A stretch of DNA of 37,100 bases from a virus (Duplodnaviria; Heunggongvirae; Uroviricota; Caudoviricetes). Below, piece by piece: positions 16,548 to 25,814 of the stretch (within the stretch, counting starts at the first letter, position 1; each line of letters starts with the position of its first letter). Made by a program: the position numbers and the translations under genes. Below the pieces are notes generated by a model. It was not told the DNA's origin. It saw only the letters and a list, made by a program, of their open reading frames with translations, and ran no database searches. The stretch lies in the IMG/VR virus record IMGVR_UViG_2718218139_000003; one strand, given 5' to 3'.

Positions 16548-17091
16548 GGTTGTTGTCCTCGTTGTTCAGTCGTTGCAGCCTGCGCTGTTCCAGTAATTCA
16601 ATGGCCCGTTTATCCGCGTTACAGGTTTCCAGTGCATCCAGAAGGCGGTCGCCCCATATACCGAGATTTCCCCATGTGGGAGTATCAGGGAAGGGGGAGG
16701 CATTACCGGCATGGTCAGCGTCTGCGGTATAAGCCGGACTGACGGCGCTGGCCGTGGCGCGTTCTGCGTGCCTGCGCAACCTGTCAGTAAAACGAGCGTC
16801 AGGCAAAGCGTGGGCGCATTCATCTTTTGCAATATCGTTGCGTAGCTGTTCACGTCTGGCCTCTCCGTCCTGATTTCGCTGTTGATTTTCCACGCGAAGT
16901 TGCGCCAGCACCTGCTGCATATCCTGTACCCCGGCGCTGATGATATTCAGGGTGTCGACTGTACTTTTCAGGGTGCTGGCCTGTGCTTCGTTTCTGGCGT
17001 TCTCCTGGCCAAGCGACCATGACAGACGCATGGATGTTCCCCATGCGGCAATCAGAATGAAAGCGACACCCAGCGTGGGCCAGAGCTTCAT
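16534..17091 (-). CDS. Inner-membrane spanin (Rz / LysB-like); start taken at MKLWPTLGVAFILIAAW with ATGA overlap to the endolysin stop
   Basis: N-terminal TM segment, coiled-coil periplasmic region, fully contains an out-of-frame lipoprotein ORF. Confidence 0.65.
   Translation of the reverse strand: MKLWPTLGVAFILIAAWGTSMRLSWSLGQENARNEAQASTLKSTVDTLNIISAGVQDMQQVLAQLRVENQQRNQDGEARREQLRNDIAKDECAHALPDARFTDRLRRHAERATASAVSPAYTADADHAGNASPFPDTPTWGNLGIWGDRLLDALETCNADKRAIELLEQRRLQRLNNEDNNHAEN
16566..16823 (-). CDS. Outer-membrane spanin lipoprotein (Rz1 / LysC-like) embedded in the +1 frame of the i-spanin gene
   Basis: MNAPTLCLTLVLLTGCAG: signal peptide with LTGC lipobox; Pro-rich mature region. Confidence 0.6.
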   Translation of the reverse strand: MNAPTLCLTLVLLTGCAGTQNAPRPAPSVRLIPQTLTMPVMPPPSLILPHGEISVYGATAFWMHWKPVTRINGPLNYWNSAGCND

Positions 17092-17480
17092 GCCGGATAG
17101 GCTCCGTGTGGTAACTGAAAATGCGGTCCGTCTTTCAGGGTCTTCCAGTCGCCGCCCCATTCCACCGGAATATTCAGTTCCCGGCTGGCCTGTCTGAATG
17201 CTGCTGCGATTTTTTCGTACAGCGGCCATTCCCATGACACCTGGCTGCCGATATAAGCCACAACATCCACGGCATGTCCCGTAAGGTGGCGGCTGTTCAT
17301 GGTCTGGCTCTTACCTGTGGCCACAAGTTGCTTCTGGCGGTAACGGCTGCGCAACCCTTCGGTGATACCAAAATCCACTTCCGAAATTTCCAGTGCCCGT
17401 CGGGTCACTTTCACCAGATCAGGATTTACGCCCTGCAAATTCTTTTCGCTCCGGCTGCTGAATTTAAATGTGTTGCTCAT
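17088..17480 (-). CDS. Endolysin, peptidase M15-type (L-alanyl-D-glutamate / D-Ala-D-Ala peptidase fold)
   Basis: 130 aa; SRHLTGHAVDV motif characteristic of zinc peptidase M15 endolysins; located in the lysis cassette. Confidence 0.7.
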   Translation of the reverse strand: MSNTFKFSSRSEKNLQGVNPDLVKVTRRALEISEVDFGITEGLRSRYRQKQLVATGKSQTMNSRHLTGHAVDVVAYIGSQVSWEWPLYEKIAAAFRQASRELNIPVEWGGDWKTLKDGPHFQLPHGAYPA

Positions 17481-17800
17481 TCGTCCTTCTCCTTCACCCT
17501 GCGATTAAAGGCCGCAATAACCTTGTCGCGTGCTTTCTCTGCACCCATAAAACCGATTGATGCGCCGATAAACGTCACGGCATCTTCAGGAAACCCGAAG
17601 AAGCGCAACGACCCGGCCACGGCCATGGCAAGAACGCCGCACGCCAGCGATCCCGTTACGGTCTGAACCAGTGTTCGTCCGTCATAAAGACTCATCAGCG
17701 CGGAAATGCTGACTGCCGCGCCTACTGCATACACCGTTGGCAGGTGGTCAAAGAGCCATGCAATAACCTGCTCTGTGATCCCTGTTTGAATGGTGCTCAC
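17477..17800 (-). CDS. Holin (two predicted TM helices); GTG start at 17800
   Basis: Small protein with two hydrophobic helices and charged C-terminus immediately upstream of the endolysin. Confidence 0.55.
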   Translation of the reverse strand: MSTIQTGITEQVIAWLFDHLPTVYAVGAAVSISALMSLYDGRTLVQTVTGSLACGVLAMAVAGSLRFFGFPEDAVTFIGASIGFMGAEKARDKVIAAFNRRVKEKDE

Positions 17801-17802
17801 TG

Positions 17803-18003
17803 CTACTCCCCCCACAACTGAATCATTTCTCGTTTCTTCTTCTCCGGCTCCGGCATCTCCACTTCCTGCCCGGCGTCCAGAAATACCTGCTGACAGAGTC
17901 CGGGGTTGGCATCCAGCACCTTTTCGGTGACGCCCTGCGTCGTGCCGTAGAACCGGAAACAGAGCGAATCCACGGTGTCGCCTTCCTGTGCCTTCACTTT
18001 CAT
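17803..18003 (-). CDS. X: Tail protein X (P2 gpX-like)
   Basis: MKVKAQEGDTVDSLCFRFYG... small protein between L and the lysis genes. Confidence 0.65.
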   Translation of the reverse strand: MKVKAQEGDTVDSLCFRFYGTTQGVTEKVLDANPGLCQQVFLDAGQEVEMPEPEKKKREMIQLWGE

Positions 18004-18506
18004 CAGCACAACTCCGCAAAGATTCGCGGGCGGCACAGAATGTCAGAGATGGCCCAGCTCACATCGCGCCACAAATCCGATGTCTGTATATCCAGTGCGT
18101 CCGCCCGGCGGTCGCCCTTGTCCGTTGTGTCCGCATCGCGGTAACGCTCCAGAATCAGGGCGCGTGTGGCGGTGTAAACCGCATTGCGCCAGTGCCAGAG
18201 ATTGACGCTTTCTCCGTTAATTACGGGTGCCGGAACATCGGCCAGCGTCTGATGGCCAGCCGTCTGCTGTTCCTGCTGCCACGCTTCCAGCTCGCGGGTA
18301 ACGTGTGCCACGGCCCCGGTGGCGGTATGCAGCAGGCGGGAGGTGGTCACACGGCCCGGCAGTCGTATCGCCAGACGCAGCTCACGCAGCACAATATCCG
18401 GCCAGAATGCACCCGCTGAAATACGGGTATCACCATCATCGGTATCGGTGATGTCGTCCTCTGCGGGTCCGGGGTTGGTTCTGGCAACCATACTCATGGG
18501 GTTCAC
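18003..18506 (-). CDS. L: Head completion/stabilisation protein (P2 gpL-like)
   Basis: 167 aa; synteny. Confidence 0.7.
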   Translation of the reverse strand: MNPMSMVARTNPGPAEDDITDTDDGDTRISAGAFWPDIVLRELRLAIRLPGRVTTSRLLHTATGAVAHVTRELEAWQQEQQTAGHQTLADVPAPVINGESVNLWHWRNAVYTATRALILERYRDADTTDKGDRRADALDIQTSDLWRDVSWAISDILCRPRIFAELC

Positions 18507-18598
18507 TCCTGAAAAAATCGGGCGGTGGGTGCGCGGTGTAAACGGTCACGGAGTCAAACCGGAACACCGCGCACGCCGCCCGCTGACGGGGTCAGTCG

Positions 18599-19399
18599 TT
18601 AACCGCGCTTCGCCTTCTGCGTCGCGGTGGTTTTTCGTGTTGCAGGCTTCCGCGTTGTCTTTTTACTTTTGCTGCTTTCGTCCTGCGCCTGCGGTGTGCT
18701 GGCATCTTCTGGTGCGGCTGCGGAATCGGCTTTTTTCAGGGCGCGGGAAAGGGTTGCAATCTCGCGTTTCACGCCTGCGTTCGGGTTCAGGTGCATCGCT
18801 TCGCGCAGCAGCTTCAGTGACAGGGCCATGCTGTCCGCATCACTCAGACCACGACGGGCAAAGGCGCACGCCTTGCATAATTTGGCGCGCACTTCGTCCG
18901 GCATGTCCTGGTCTGTGACAATCTCCCGGAGGGTGTCCAGTGGTTCGATAAAGGCGGACAAATCTGCGTCGGCATCCGTCCCGGCCTGTGTCAGTACCGG
19001 GTTGCAGATTTCTTCGGTCAGTACCGTGGCAGCAGTACGGCCAAAGTTATCCGGCATGATGAGGTTGTGACGGACCACATACGCACCAATACGCAGCGCC
19101 AGCGGAAGATCGCCGCAGTCAATCGCCCACACCATCAGCGTGGCAATCACTTCATCCTGCTGCCCGCCGTCAGCCTCCAGCGTTCCCTCAATCCAGCCGG
19201 AAAAGTCCGGCAACAACTCTTTTTTGATGGCGGCTTTCGCACTTCTGGCCTGTACGCCATTAAGCCGGGCCTGTGCCAGACGCAGACGATACAGCACCTC
19301 TTCATGCGCGGTACGCGCGGCGTGGTCAACGCCTTCATTCGCCCGGCCTGCGCGCTGTGCCATCACGTTCTGCCAGTGTTGCTGTGCAGGAGTAATCAT
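18599..19399 (-). CDS. M: Terminase small (endonuclease) subunit (P2 gpM-like)
   Basis: Synteny between N and L; basic C-terminus. Confidence 0.7.
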   Translation of the reverse strand: MITPAQQHWQNVMAQRAGRANEGVDHAARTAHEEVLYRLRLAQARLNGVQARSAKAAIKKELLPDFSGWIEGTLEADGGQQDEVIATLMVWAIDCGDLPLALRIGAYVVRHNLIMPDNFGRTAATVLTEEICNPVLTQAGTDADADLSAFIEPLDTLREIVTDQDMPDEVRAKLCKACAFARRGLSDADSMALSLKLLREAMHLNPNAGVKREIATLSRALKKADSAAAPEDASTPQAQDESSKSKKTTRKPATRKTTATQKAKRG

Positions 19400-19444
19400 T
19401 TTTTCTCTCCGTTACAGGCGGGCATGATGCCCGCCGTGAGTTGA

Positions 19445-20497
19445 TTAGCTGTCGGCGAACTTCAGGCCAGTGACCATCGCGCACTTGCCATAGTCTTCAA
19501 CGACATAAGCGTCATTGATGGACTGGTAGGTGGCGATGCGGTTGTATTCCGGTTCGTCTTTCATCAGACGACGCATTGAACCTTTCTGCCAGTAAATCGA
19601 CAGGTTGTTGAATGAGGTGATCAGCATCGTTGCATCCGGGAAGAACGGCGCAAGGAACACGCCCAGCCCGCCAATGGTGCGCGATGACAGGATGAGCTGC
19701 CCGGCAAGTAATTCCGCATTGGGATTCTGGCCGCTGATGCTGTTCAGCACGGGCAGACGCAGCGAGTTAAACAGGTTGCGCCCCATAATCACCACGAGGT
19801 CGTCAGCTTCCTTGTGCCATTCATCCAGCAGGGATGAGCGCGCGTCCTGTACCAGTGCATCAGGGTTCGCATACTTACCCGCGTGCGCCACGGTGTTGTC
19901 CATGTTGCGGGAGGTCAGCGTCACGTCATTCATTACGCGCTCGCTGGCGTCGGCTCTGATGTGCTCCAGCCATCCCACGTTAACGTCCTGAAGCAGTTTG
20001 TTAGTGCTGAAGTTGGACTCATCTGCGTGAGACGTGCCGTTGAAACCGATCATGATGCGGTCAAGCGCCACCTGCCGGGCAATCTGTGCGCTGATGCGAG
20101 ACTGAAAATCGCTGTGTGCCGACCAGGCATCAAGCTGCGGATACGAAATAAACGTGTCGTAGTTCACCTGTTCGCACTGGTATTTGCGGTTTTTCAGATC
20201 AACCACGTTATTCGGGTTACGGCGTTTTGTGCCGTCATAACTGGTATTCGTGCGCGCAATCGGTCCTGTGGTATCCAGGAGGATTTTTTCGCCTTTCTGG
20301 TCGGTCACGCCGATCACGTTAATTCTTTTCGTTAATTCTGTGCTGTCCTTTGAGGCGTTTTCAAAACGCTGCTGCACCGCGGGTTCCACGGTAAATCGCG
20401 ATACCAGTGCAGATACCGGGATATTGTTAAGCGACGCCTGCTGCGCCATATAGCAACCCAGCTTGTTGCGGGTAATATCTGACATCACCAGATTCAT
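19445..20497 (-). CDS. N: Major capsid protein (P2 gpN-like)
   Basis: 350 aa; synteny. Confidence 0.8.
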   Translation of the reverse strand: MNLVMSDITRNKLGCYMAQQASLNNIPVSALVSRFTVEPAVQQRFENASKDSTELTKRINVIGVTDQKGEKILLDTTGPIARTNTSYDGTKRRNPNNVVDLKNRKYQCEQVNYDTFISYPQLDAWSAHSDFQSRISAQIARQVALDRIMIGFNGTSHADESNFSTNKLLQDVNVGWLEHIRADASERVMNDVTLTSRNMDNTVAHAGKYANPDALVQDARSSLLDEWHKEADDLVVIMGRNLFNSLRLPVLNSISGQNPNAELLAGQLILSSRTIGGLGVFLAPFFPDATMLITSFNNLSIYWQKGSMRRLMKDEPEYNRIATYQSINDAYVVEDYGKCAMVTGLKFADS

Positions 20498-20519
20498 AAA
20501 AATTTGCTCCTTTGTCTTA

Positions 20520-21356
20520 TCAGAAGTCAGCCAGCTGGTCGGAGGCTGCGCCTGTTGCGGTGAACCGGTTCTGCGGATCGCCGTCCTGCGTGCGCAGTTT
20601 TTCCTTCAGTGCTGTCAGCTCTGTGGTCAGTGACGTAATTTTCTGGCGGTCCTGCTGATGGCGGGTTTCCAGCACATTAAAACGGTCGATAATGTCGGCC
20701 TGTGACGTTGCGACGCCTTCCACCGCTTCCTGAATACGGGAAAAACTGGCGTCATCCGCTTTGCGGCCACGGCCAATAATCCCCATTACGCGGTTAAACC
20801 ACTGGGTGCCTTCTTCCTGGCGTTGTTCTGCCATTTCGATGATTTCAGACTCGATGGCTTCGGAGATAAGCGGCGCTTCACCCTGGACACTGTTGAACGT
20901 CATTACCGCCTGACGTTGCTGTGCCGTGAATTTCAGGCGCTCAGTGCCCAGGCTTGCCGGGGTGTCGGTCATCGCCAGCCCGACCAGATAGGCGCGCCCG
21001 TTAACGGAGAACTGCGGGTGCAGTTCGATACTGGAATAGATTTTCTTGCCGTCCGCGACAAGCTGCTTCATGCGCTCGGTCGGTTCGATTTCTGCATACA
21101 GCGCAGTACGTCCGGCCAGCGGACCTTCCGTAATGTCTTCCGTACTCAGTGCGGTGACATCGCCCATTGCGGAAAATTCGCTTGACGGGCATGGCGAGAG
21201 ATAGTGCTCAACGTTCACGCGGGCAGCGTAAACATCCGGGTTGAAGTTCTCGGCGGCTTCACGCAGATGCACCGGACTGATTTCACGGCCATCAACAGTT
21301 GATCCGGAGACAGCCACGCGAAACTTTTTGCGGGATGTCTTTTTTTCATTAGCCAT
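20520..21356 (-). CDS. O: Capsid scaffolding protein (P2 gpO-like); start taken at MANEKK with RBS agagggg
   Basis: Synteny; divergent from terminase P. Confidence 0.75.
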   Translation of the reverse strand: MANEKKTSRKKFRVAVSGSTVDGREISPVHLREAAENFNPDVYAARVNVEHYLSPCPSSEFSAMGDVTALSTEDITEGPLAGRTALYAEIEPTERMKQLVADGKKIYSSIELHPQFSVNGRAYLVGLAMTDTPASLGTERLKFTAQQRQAVMTFNSVQGEAPLISEAIESEIIEMAEQRQEEGTQWFNRVMGIIGRGRKADDASFSRIQEAVEGVATSQADIIDRFNVLETRHQQDRQKITSLTTELTALKEKLRTQDGDPQNRFTATGAASDQLADF

Positions 21357-21510
21357 AGTTTTTGCCCCTCTGACTGGTTCTTCAGTCATGATGGCAAAGC
21401 GTAACAGGCTGATACAAAGGGCTTTTGTTGTAAGAAAACGGCCAGAACAGGGGGTTAAGGAGAACGGTTTCGCGCGCGGGTAATCTTCCTGTAATTACTC
21501 AGGGGGAGCA

Positions 21511-23262
21511 ATGATTCAGGACGCTTTTGTGCGCCAGCGTGCGCGGCAACTTTACTGGCAGGGTTATCCGCCCGCAGAAATATCACGTCTGATGGGAATA
21601 AACCCGAACACGATTTATGCGTGGAAAAAACGCGACCAGTGGGATGAAACGCCCCCCGTGCAGCGTGTCACGCAGTCCATCGATGCGCGCCTCATCCAGC
21701 TTACTGAAAAACAGAATAAAACAGGCGGTGACTTTAAGGAAATAGACCTGCTGACCCGGCAGCTTAAAAAGCTGCATGATGGCCAGCCGGATGTGATGGC
21801 CGCAGGAAAGAAAGGCCGGGCGAAAAAACTTAAAAATCATTTCACGCCGGAACAGATTGCCGCACTGCGGGAAAAAATCATCAGCAGGCTGGAGTGGCAT
21901 CAGCGGGGCTGGTTTGACTCCCTGACACTTTGCAGGGAAGCCGGGATACGTAACAGGATGATCCTGAAATCCCGACAGATTGGGGCGACCTGGTATTTTG
22001 CACAGGAAGCTCTGCTGATGGCGCTGCGTGACGATGTGGCGCAACCTTACCAGCGTAACCAGATTTTTTTGTCTGCGTCGCGTCGTCAGGCGTTCCAGTT
22101 TAAAAGCATTATTCAGAAGGCCGCGGCTGAAGTTGATGTGGAGCTGAAAGGGGGCGATAAAATCATCCTCTCCAACGGCGCAGAGCTGCATTTTCTCGGC
22201 ACTTCTGCTGCGTCGGCACAGTCCTATACGGGCAATTTTTATTTTGATGAATTTTTCTGGGTCAGTCGCTTTGCTGAACTGCGCAAGGTGGCTGGCGCTA
22301 TGGCAACCCTCAGCGGACTGCGGCGCACCTACTTCTCCACACCATCCACCGAAACGCACGAGGCGTACGCCTACTGGAACGGCGACCGCTGGAACGAGAA
22401 AAAGGCCTCGCATAAACGCCAGCGTTTTTCTGTGGACTGGAAAACGCTGCATAACGGGCTTATCTGCCCTGACCGGACTTGGCGGCAAATTGTCACGCTG
22501 GAAGATGTGGTTAATCACGGCTGGAAACACACCGATATCGACGAAATTCGTGATGAAAACACCGAAGACGAGTTCCTCAATCTCTATATGTGTGAGTTTG
22601 TCCGCGAAGGGGAATCGGCATTTAACCTGAATATCCTGATTGGCTGCGGTGTTGACGGATACGACGACTGGAAAGACTGGAAACCTTTTGCTCCCCGCCC
22701 GATGGGGAATCGTCCGGTATGGATTGGGTATGACGCAAACGGCAGCAGTGGCAACGGCGACAGCGGTGCTGTGTCCGTGGTGGTTCCTCCGGCTGTTCCT
22801 GGTGGCCGTTTTCGAACGGTGGAGACGCGACGCGTTCAGGGGCTGGAGTTTGAAGAACAGGCCAGAGTCATTGAAGAGTTCACGTGTCGCTATAACGTGG
22901 AACACATCGGCATTGATGTGACGGGCGGGAACGGGGAGGCTGTTTATCAGATAGTGAAACGGTTTTTCCCTGCTGCTATTCCGTACACCTTCACGCTGTC
23001 ATCAAAACGGTCGCTGGTACTGAAAATGCTGCAAATAATGCGTGCCGGGCGGTGGGAATACGATCGCGCCGAACGCGAGCTGGTCGCGGCCTTTAACGCC
23101 GTGCGTAAGGTGAAAACACCGGGCGGCTTTATCACTTACGAAACGGACCGCGCGAGGGGGATCAGCCACGGCGACCTTGCGTGGGCAACCATGCTTGCTG
23201 TCATTAACGAACCGATTGGCGGCGAAGGAGAAAACGAGCGTTTCACGGTTATGGAGTTCTGA
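21511..23262 (+). CDS. P: Terminase large (ATPase) subunit (P2 gpP-like)
   Basis: 583 aa; divergent from the O gene; overlaps the portal start. Confidence 0.8.
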   Translation: MIQDAFVRQRARQLYWQGYPPAEISRLMGINPNTIYAWKKRDQWDETPPVQRVTQSIDARLIQLTEKQNKTGGDFKEIDLLTRQLKKLHDGQPDVMAAGKKGRAKKLKNHFTPEQIAALREKIISRLEWHQRGWFDSLTLCREAGIRNRMILKSRQIGATWYFAQEALLMALRDDVAQPYQRNQIFLSASRRQAFQFKSIIQKAAAEVDVELKGGDKIILSNGAELHFLGTSAASAQSYTGNFYFDEFFWVSRFAELRKVAGAMATLSGLRRTYFSTPSTETHEAYAYWNGDRWNEKKASHKRQRFSVDWKTLHNGLICPDRTWRQIVTLEDVVNHGWKHTDIDEIRDENTEDEFLNLYMCEFVREGESAFNLNILIGCGVDGYDDWKDWKPFAPRPMGNRPVWIGYDANGSSGNGDSGAVSVVVPPAVPGGRFRTVETRRVQGLEFEEQARVIEEFTCRYNVEHIGIDVTGGNGEAVYQIVKRFFPAAIPYTFTLSSKRSLVLKMLQIMRAGRWEYDRAERELVAAFNAVRKVKTPGGFITYETDRARGISHGDLAWATMLAVINEPIGGEGENERFTVMEF

Positions 23263-24308
23263 TGAGCAGAAAAAATAAAAAAGTGCGCATGAGTTCACGC
23301 ATTGATCTCGCTGATGCGCTCAGGAAAGAATCATCGCTCAGTGCATTCACATTTGATGGTCCTTATCGCCTGACCGGGCATGACCTGCTGGATAATATGT
23401 ACTGTGCTGATAACGGGCGGTGGTATGAAACCCCGGTGGACTGGTACGGTCTGGCAAGAGCTGCCCGGCAAACGTCCTGGCATCAGTCTGCGCTTTACTT
23501 TAAGCGCAATGTATTACTCGGTTGCTACATCCCGCACCCGCTGCTTTCCCGGCAGGATTTCTCGGCGCTGGCGCTGGACTGGTTTGTGTTCGGTAACGCA
23601 TTCCTTGAGCTTCGTAGCAATATGCTCGGCGAACCGCTTAAATTACGGCACGCCCTGGCGAAATACATGCGACGCGGAAGCGATCTTGAATCATGGTGGT
23701 ATGTGCAGGATGGCAAGGACGCGTTCCAGTTTCGCCCTGGCAAAGTGTGCCACCTGATGAATCCGGATATTAACCAGGAAATCTACGGCATGCCGGAATA
23801 TCTTGGCGCATTACTCTCGGCCAGCCTTTCTCATTCGGCGGACATGTTCAGAAAACTGTACTACGACAACGGATCCCACGCCGGGTGCATCATCTACATC
23901 GGTGCAGCGCAGGTAAACCGCGAAAGCATGGACTCCCTGAAAGAAACGTTACAAGGTGCGCGTGGTGGTGGTGCGTTTAAAAACGTGCTCATCCACGCGC
24001 CCAACGGGGGCAAAGAGGGGGTGCAAATTTTGCCGTTCCAGCAGATCACCGCAAAGGATGAGTTCATGAATGTTAAGGCGGCATCCCGTGATGATGTGCT
24101 GGCTGCGCACCGCGTTCCGCCGCAACTGATGGGGGCAATGCCGGGCGAAAAAAGTGCGTTTGGTGATGTGGAGAAGGCCGCGCGGGTTTATGCAATTAAC
24201 GAGCTGATGCCCGTTATGGAGGCCATGAAGCACATCAATGACTGGCTTGGCGAAGAGGTGATCCGTTTTAATTCTTATGCTCTTCTTGATGAAAAAACAG
24301 CCCCGTGA
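23262..24308 (+). CDS. Q: Portal protein (P2 gpQ-like)
   Basis: 348 aa; follows terminase P. Confidence 0.8.
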   Translation: MSRKNKKVRMSSRIDLADALRKESSLSAFTFDGPYRLTGHDLLDNMYCADNGRWYETPVDWYGLARAARQTSWHQSALYFKRNVLLGCYIPHPLLSRQDFSALALDWFVFGNAFLELRSNMLGEPLKLRHALAKYMRRGSDLESWWYVQDGKDAFQFRPGKVCHLMNPDINQEIYGMPEYLGALLSASLSHSADMFRKLYYDNGSHAGCIIYIGAAQVNRESMDSLKETLQGARGGGAFKNVLIHAPNGGKEGVQILPFQQITAKDEFMNVKAASRDDVLAAHRVPPQLMGAMPGEKSAFGDVEKAARVYAINELMPVMEAMKHINDWLGEEVIRFNSYALLDEKTAP

Positions 24309-24325
24309 TGGGGCTGTCCTTTTTA
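24297..24325. terminator. Bidirectional rho-independent terminator shared by Q and the convergent 174-aa gene
   Basis: acagcccc-gtgat-ggggctgt stem flanked by A6 upstream and T5 downstream; Q stop codon lies in the loop. Confidence 0.65.
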
Positions 24326-24847
24326 CCAGAGTTGAACCATTTTCTGGGTGCCGTCAGGCTTGAGATTATCAATTTCAGAGAGAACGTAATATTGAATGGC
24401 TTCACAAACGGTGGTGTATGGTGACTTACCTTCTTTAAGTGGCACGATATTATTATTAACGCGAACCTGTATTTCATCGTTATACATTGCGATCGAAAGA
24501 GGAGTATGCACGAAGGCGACTTCGCCAGGTGTGTCGTCAACCACTGTCTCAATGCTGAAAATCAGTTTTCGCTCATCATTGCCGCCCCTTGCTTTGGGGG
24601 TAGCGGCAGGAATCTGAGATAAAGGCATTCTACGAAACCCTTCAGTTGTTTCCAGTCCGCATGAAACGTAATGCTGGCGATTACCGTCGCTATCCGTCCA
24701 TGTCTGTGATGGCAGCTCCAGAGAGATTTCATAAGCATCAACAATTCCCTGGGCAATGCGTACAAGTGGGGTCAGGTCTTCATTGCGGCGAAAACTCTCC
24801 TTTACCTGATCTCGTTTTTCTCGTAACTGCTTGTAATTAATGACCAT
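24323..24847 (-). CDS. Hypothetical protein, 174 aa (start at MVINYKQ with RBS ggagg)
   Basis: Clean ORF with good RBS; no family recognised by eye. Confidence 0.55.
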   Translation of the reverse strand: MVINYKQLREKRDQVKESFRRNEDLTPLVRIAQGIVDAYEISLELPSQTWTDSDGNRQHYVSCGLETTEGFRRMPLSQIPAATPKARGGNDERKLIFSIETVVDDTPGEVAFVHTPLSIAMYNDEIQVRVNNNIVPLKEGKSPYTTVCEAIQYYVLSEIDNLKPDGTQKMVQLW

Positions 24848-25406
24848 AAAACAGCCTCCATTGATTTCTTTGCTCGTATTTTGCACTTATGAAGTGTGGT
24901 CGGCAAGGTGCCGCATCACTGACGCGCTTCGCTTGTCTGCTGCTTCGCCGGGGCATAAAAAATTTATGCCCCGGCTCTCCAGCTCCTGTATCAATCAGAT
25001 AATTTCACGACGCCTTCCAGTTTATCGCCACCATCGACGGTCAGACTCTTACGCAATCCCACCGCGTTGACTGTATGTTCTCGCTGCCTCAGTGCGATTT
25101 TGACGGCCTTACCTTTCACCCCATCAAATCAAAAGCCCTCACGCCTTTTTCATGCTCAGCGTGAGAAATATGGCCATTCTGTTGTGTCTCTGCGACATCG
25201 TTCAGGGAATGCTATTTACCCCCTGAAACGCGGGCTGTTCCCCCGTCACCTGCGCGCAGAAAAAACGCGTTTTTTTGTGCACGCACGGATCCTTGACGGA
25301 TCCAGCCGCCACGCGGGCCGGAAGGGCAAAAATTCGTTCAAAAAAATTGTGCAAATTTGTGCACTATTGTGCATTGAAATAAACGCTCTGGAGGAGGGCG
25401 TTTTAC

Positions 25407-25814
25407 TTATCTTTTATAGCCTTGCCCCTTCCTGGCCAGCGCCCTGATGGCCGGGCGTGCCAACACCATATTTTGGCAATGATGAATTGCCCGGCAAAAT
25501 TCATCTCTACCCATTGGATGCTCAACTGGCAACGTTAAATACAGGTTCCATGCGTCGCCTAAAAGTTGGGCTATCTTTTGTTCTTCAGATGTCAGCAAGC
25601 AAGCGGTATCCGTAAAATAATCATACTTTTCATGTATGTTATTTAACGGTTTTGTCTGTAGTGCAGCCTGAGCTATACGGTATGCCTGAAGCATACTGGC
25701 GTCGTTGATATCCATTCCGAACGGAATTTCTGATGATTGTGACTCTGCATCTTCAAGCCTGGCAATTTCTTTACGTAAGAAGTATTTCAACTCTTGTTTC
25801 TGTTTTCTGTTCAT
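25407..25814 (-). CDS. Hypothetical protein, 135 aa, translationally coupled (4-bp overlap) to the upstream zinc-ribbon gene
   Basis: ORF with ATGA-type overlap; no recognised motif. Confidence 0.5.
   Translation of the reverse strand: MNRKQKQELKYFLRKEIARLEDAESQSSEIPFGMDINDASMLQAYRIAQAALQTKPLNNIHEKYDYFTDTACLLTSEEQKIAQLLGDAWNLYLTLPVEHPMGRDEFCRAIHHCQNMVLARPAIRALARKGQGYKR

Noticed and set aside
18319-19070. Plus-strand ORFs of 199 and 147 aa overlapping the terminase small subunit and head completion genes
   Set aside because: Antisense to syntenic P2-like genes; Arg/Ser-rich translations without start-site support.
21583-22905. 440-aa minus-strand ORF antisense to terminase P
   Set aside because: Completely overlapped by a well-supported terminase gene on the opposite strand; translation looks random (Arg/Pro/His-rich).
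24297-25406. P2-type cos site (GGCGAGGCGGGGAAAGCAC-like)
   Set aside because: I could not find a convincing match by eye in the region beyond the portal gene; cos may be diverged or deleted, so no feature is called.
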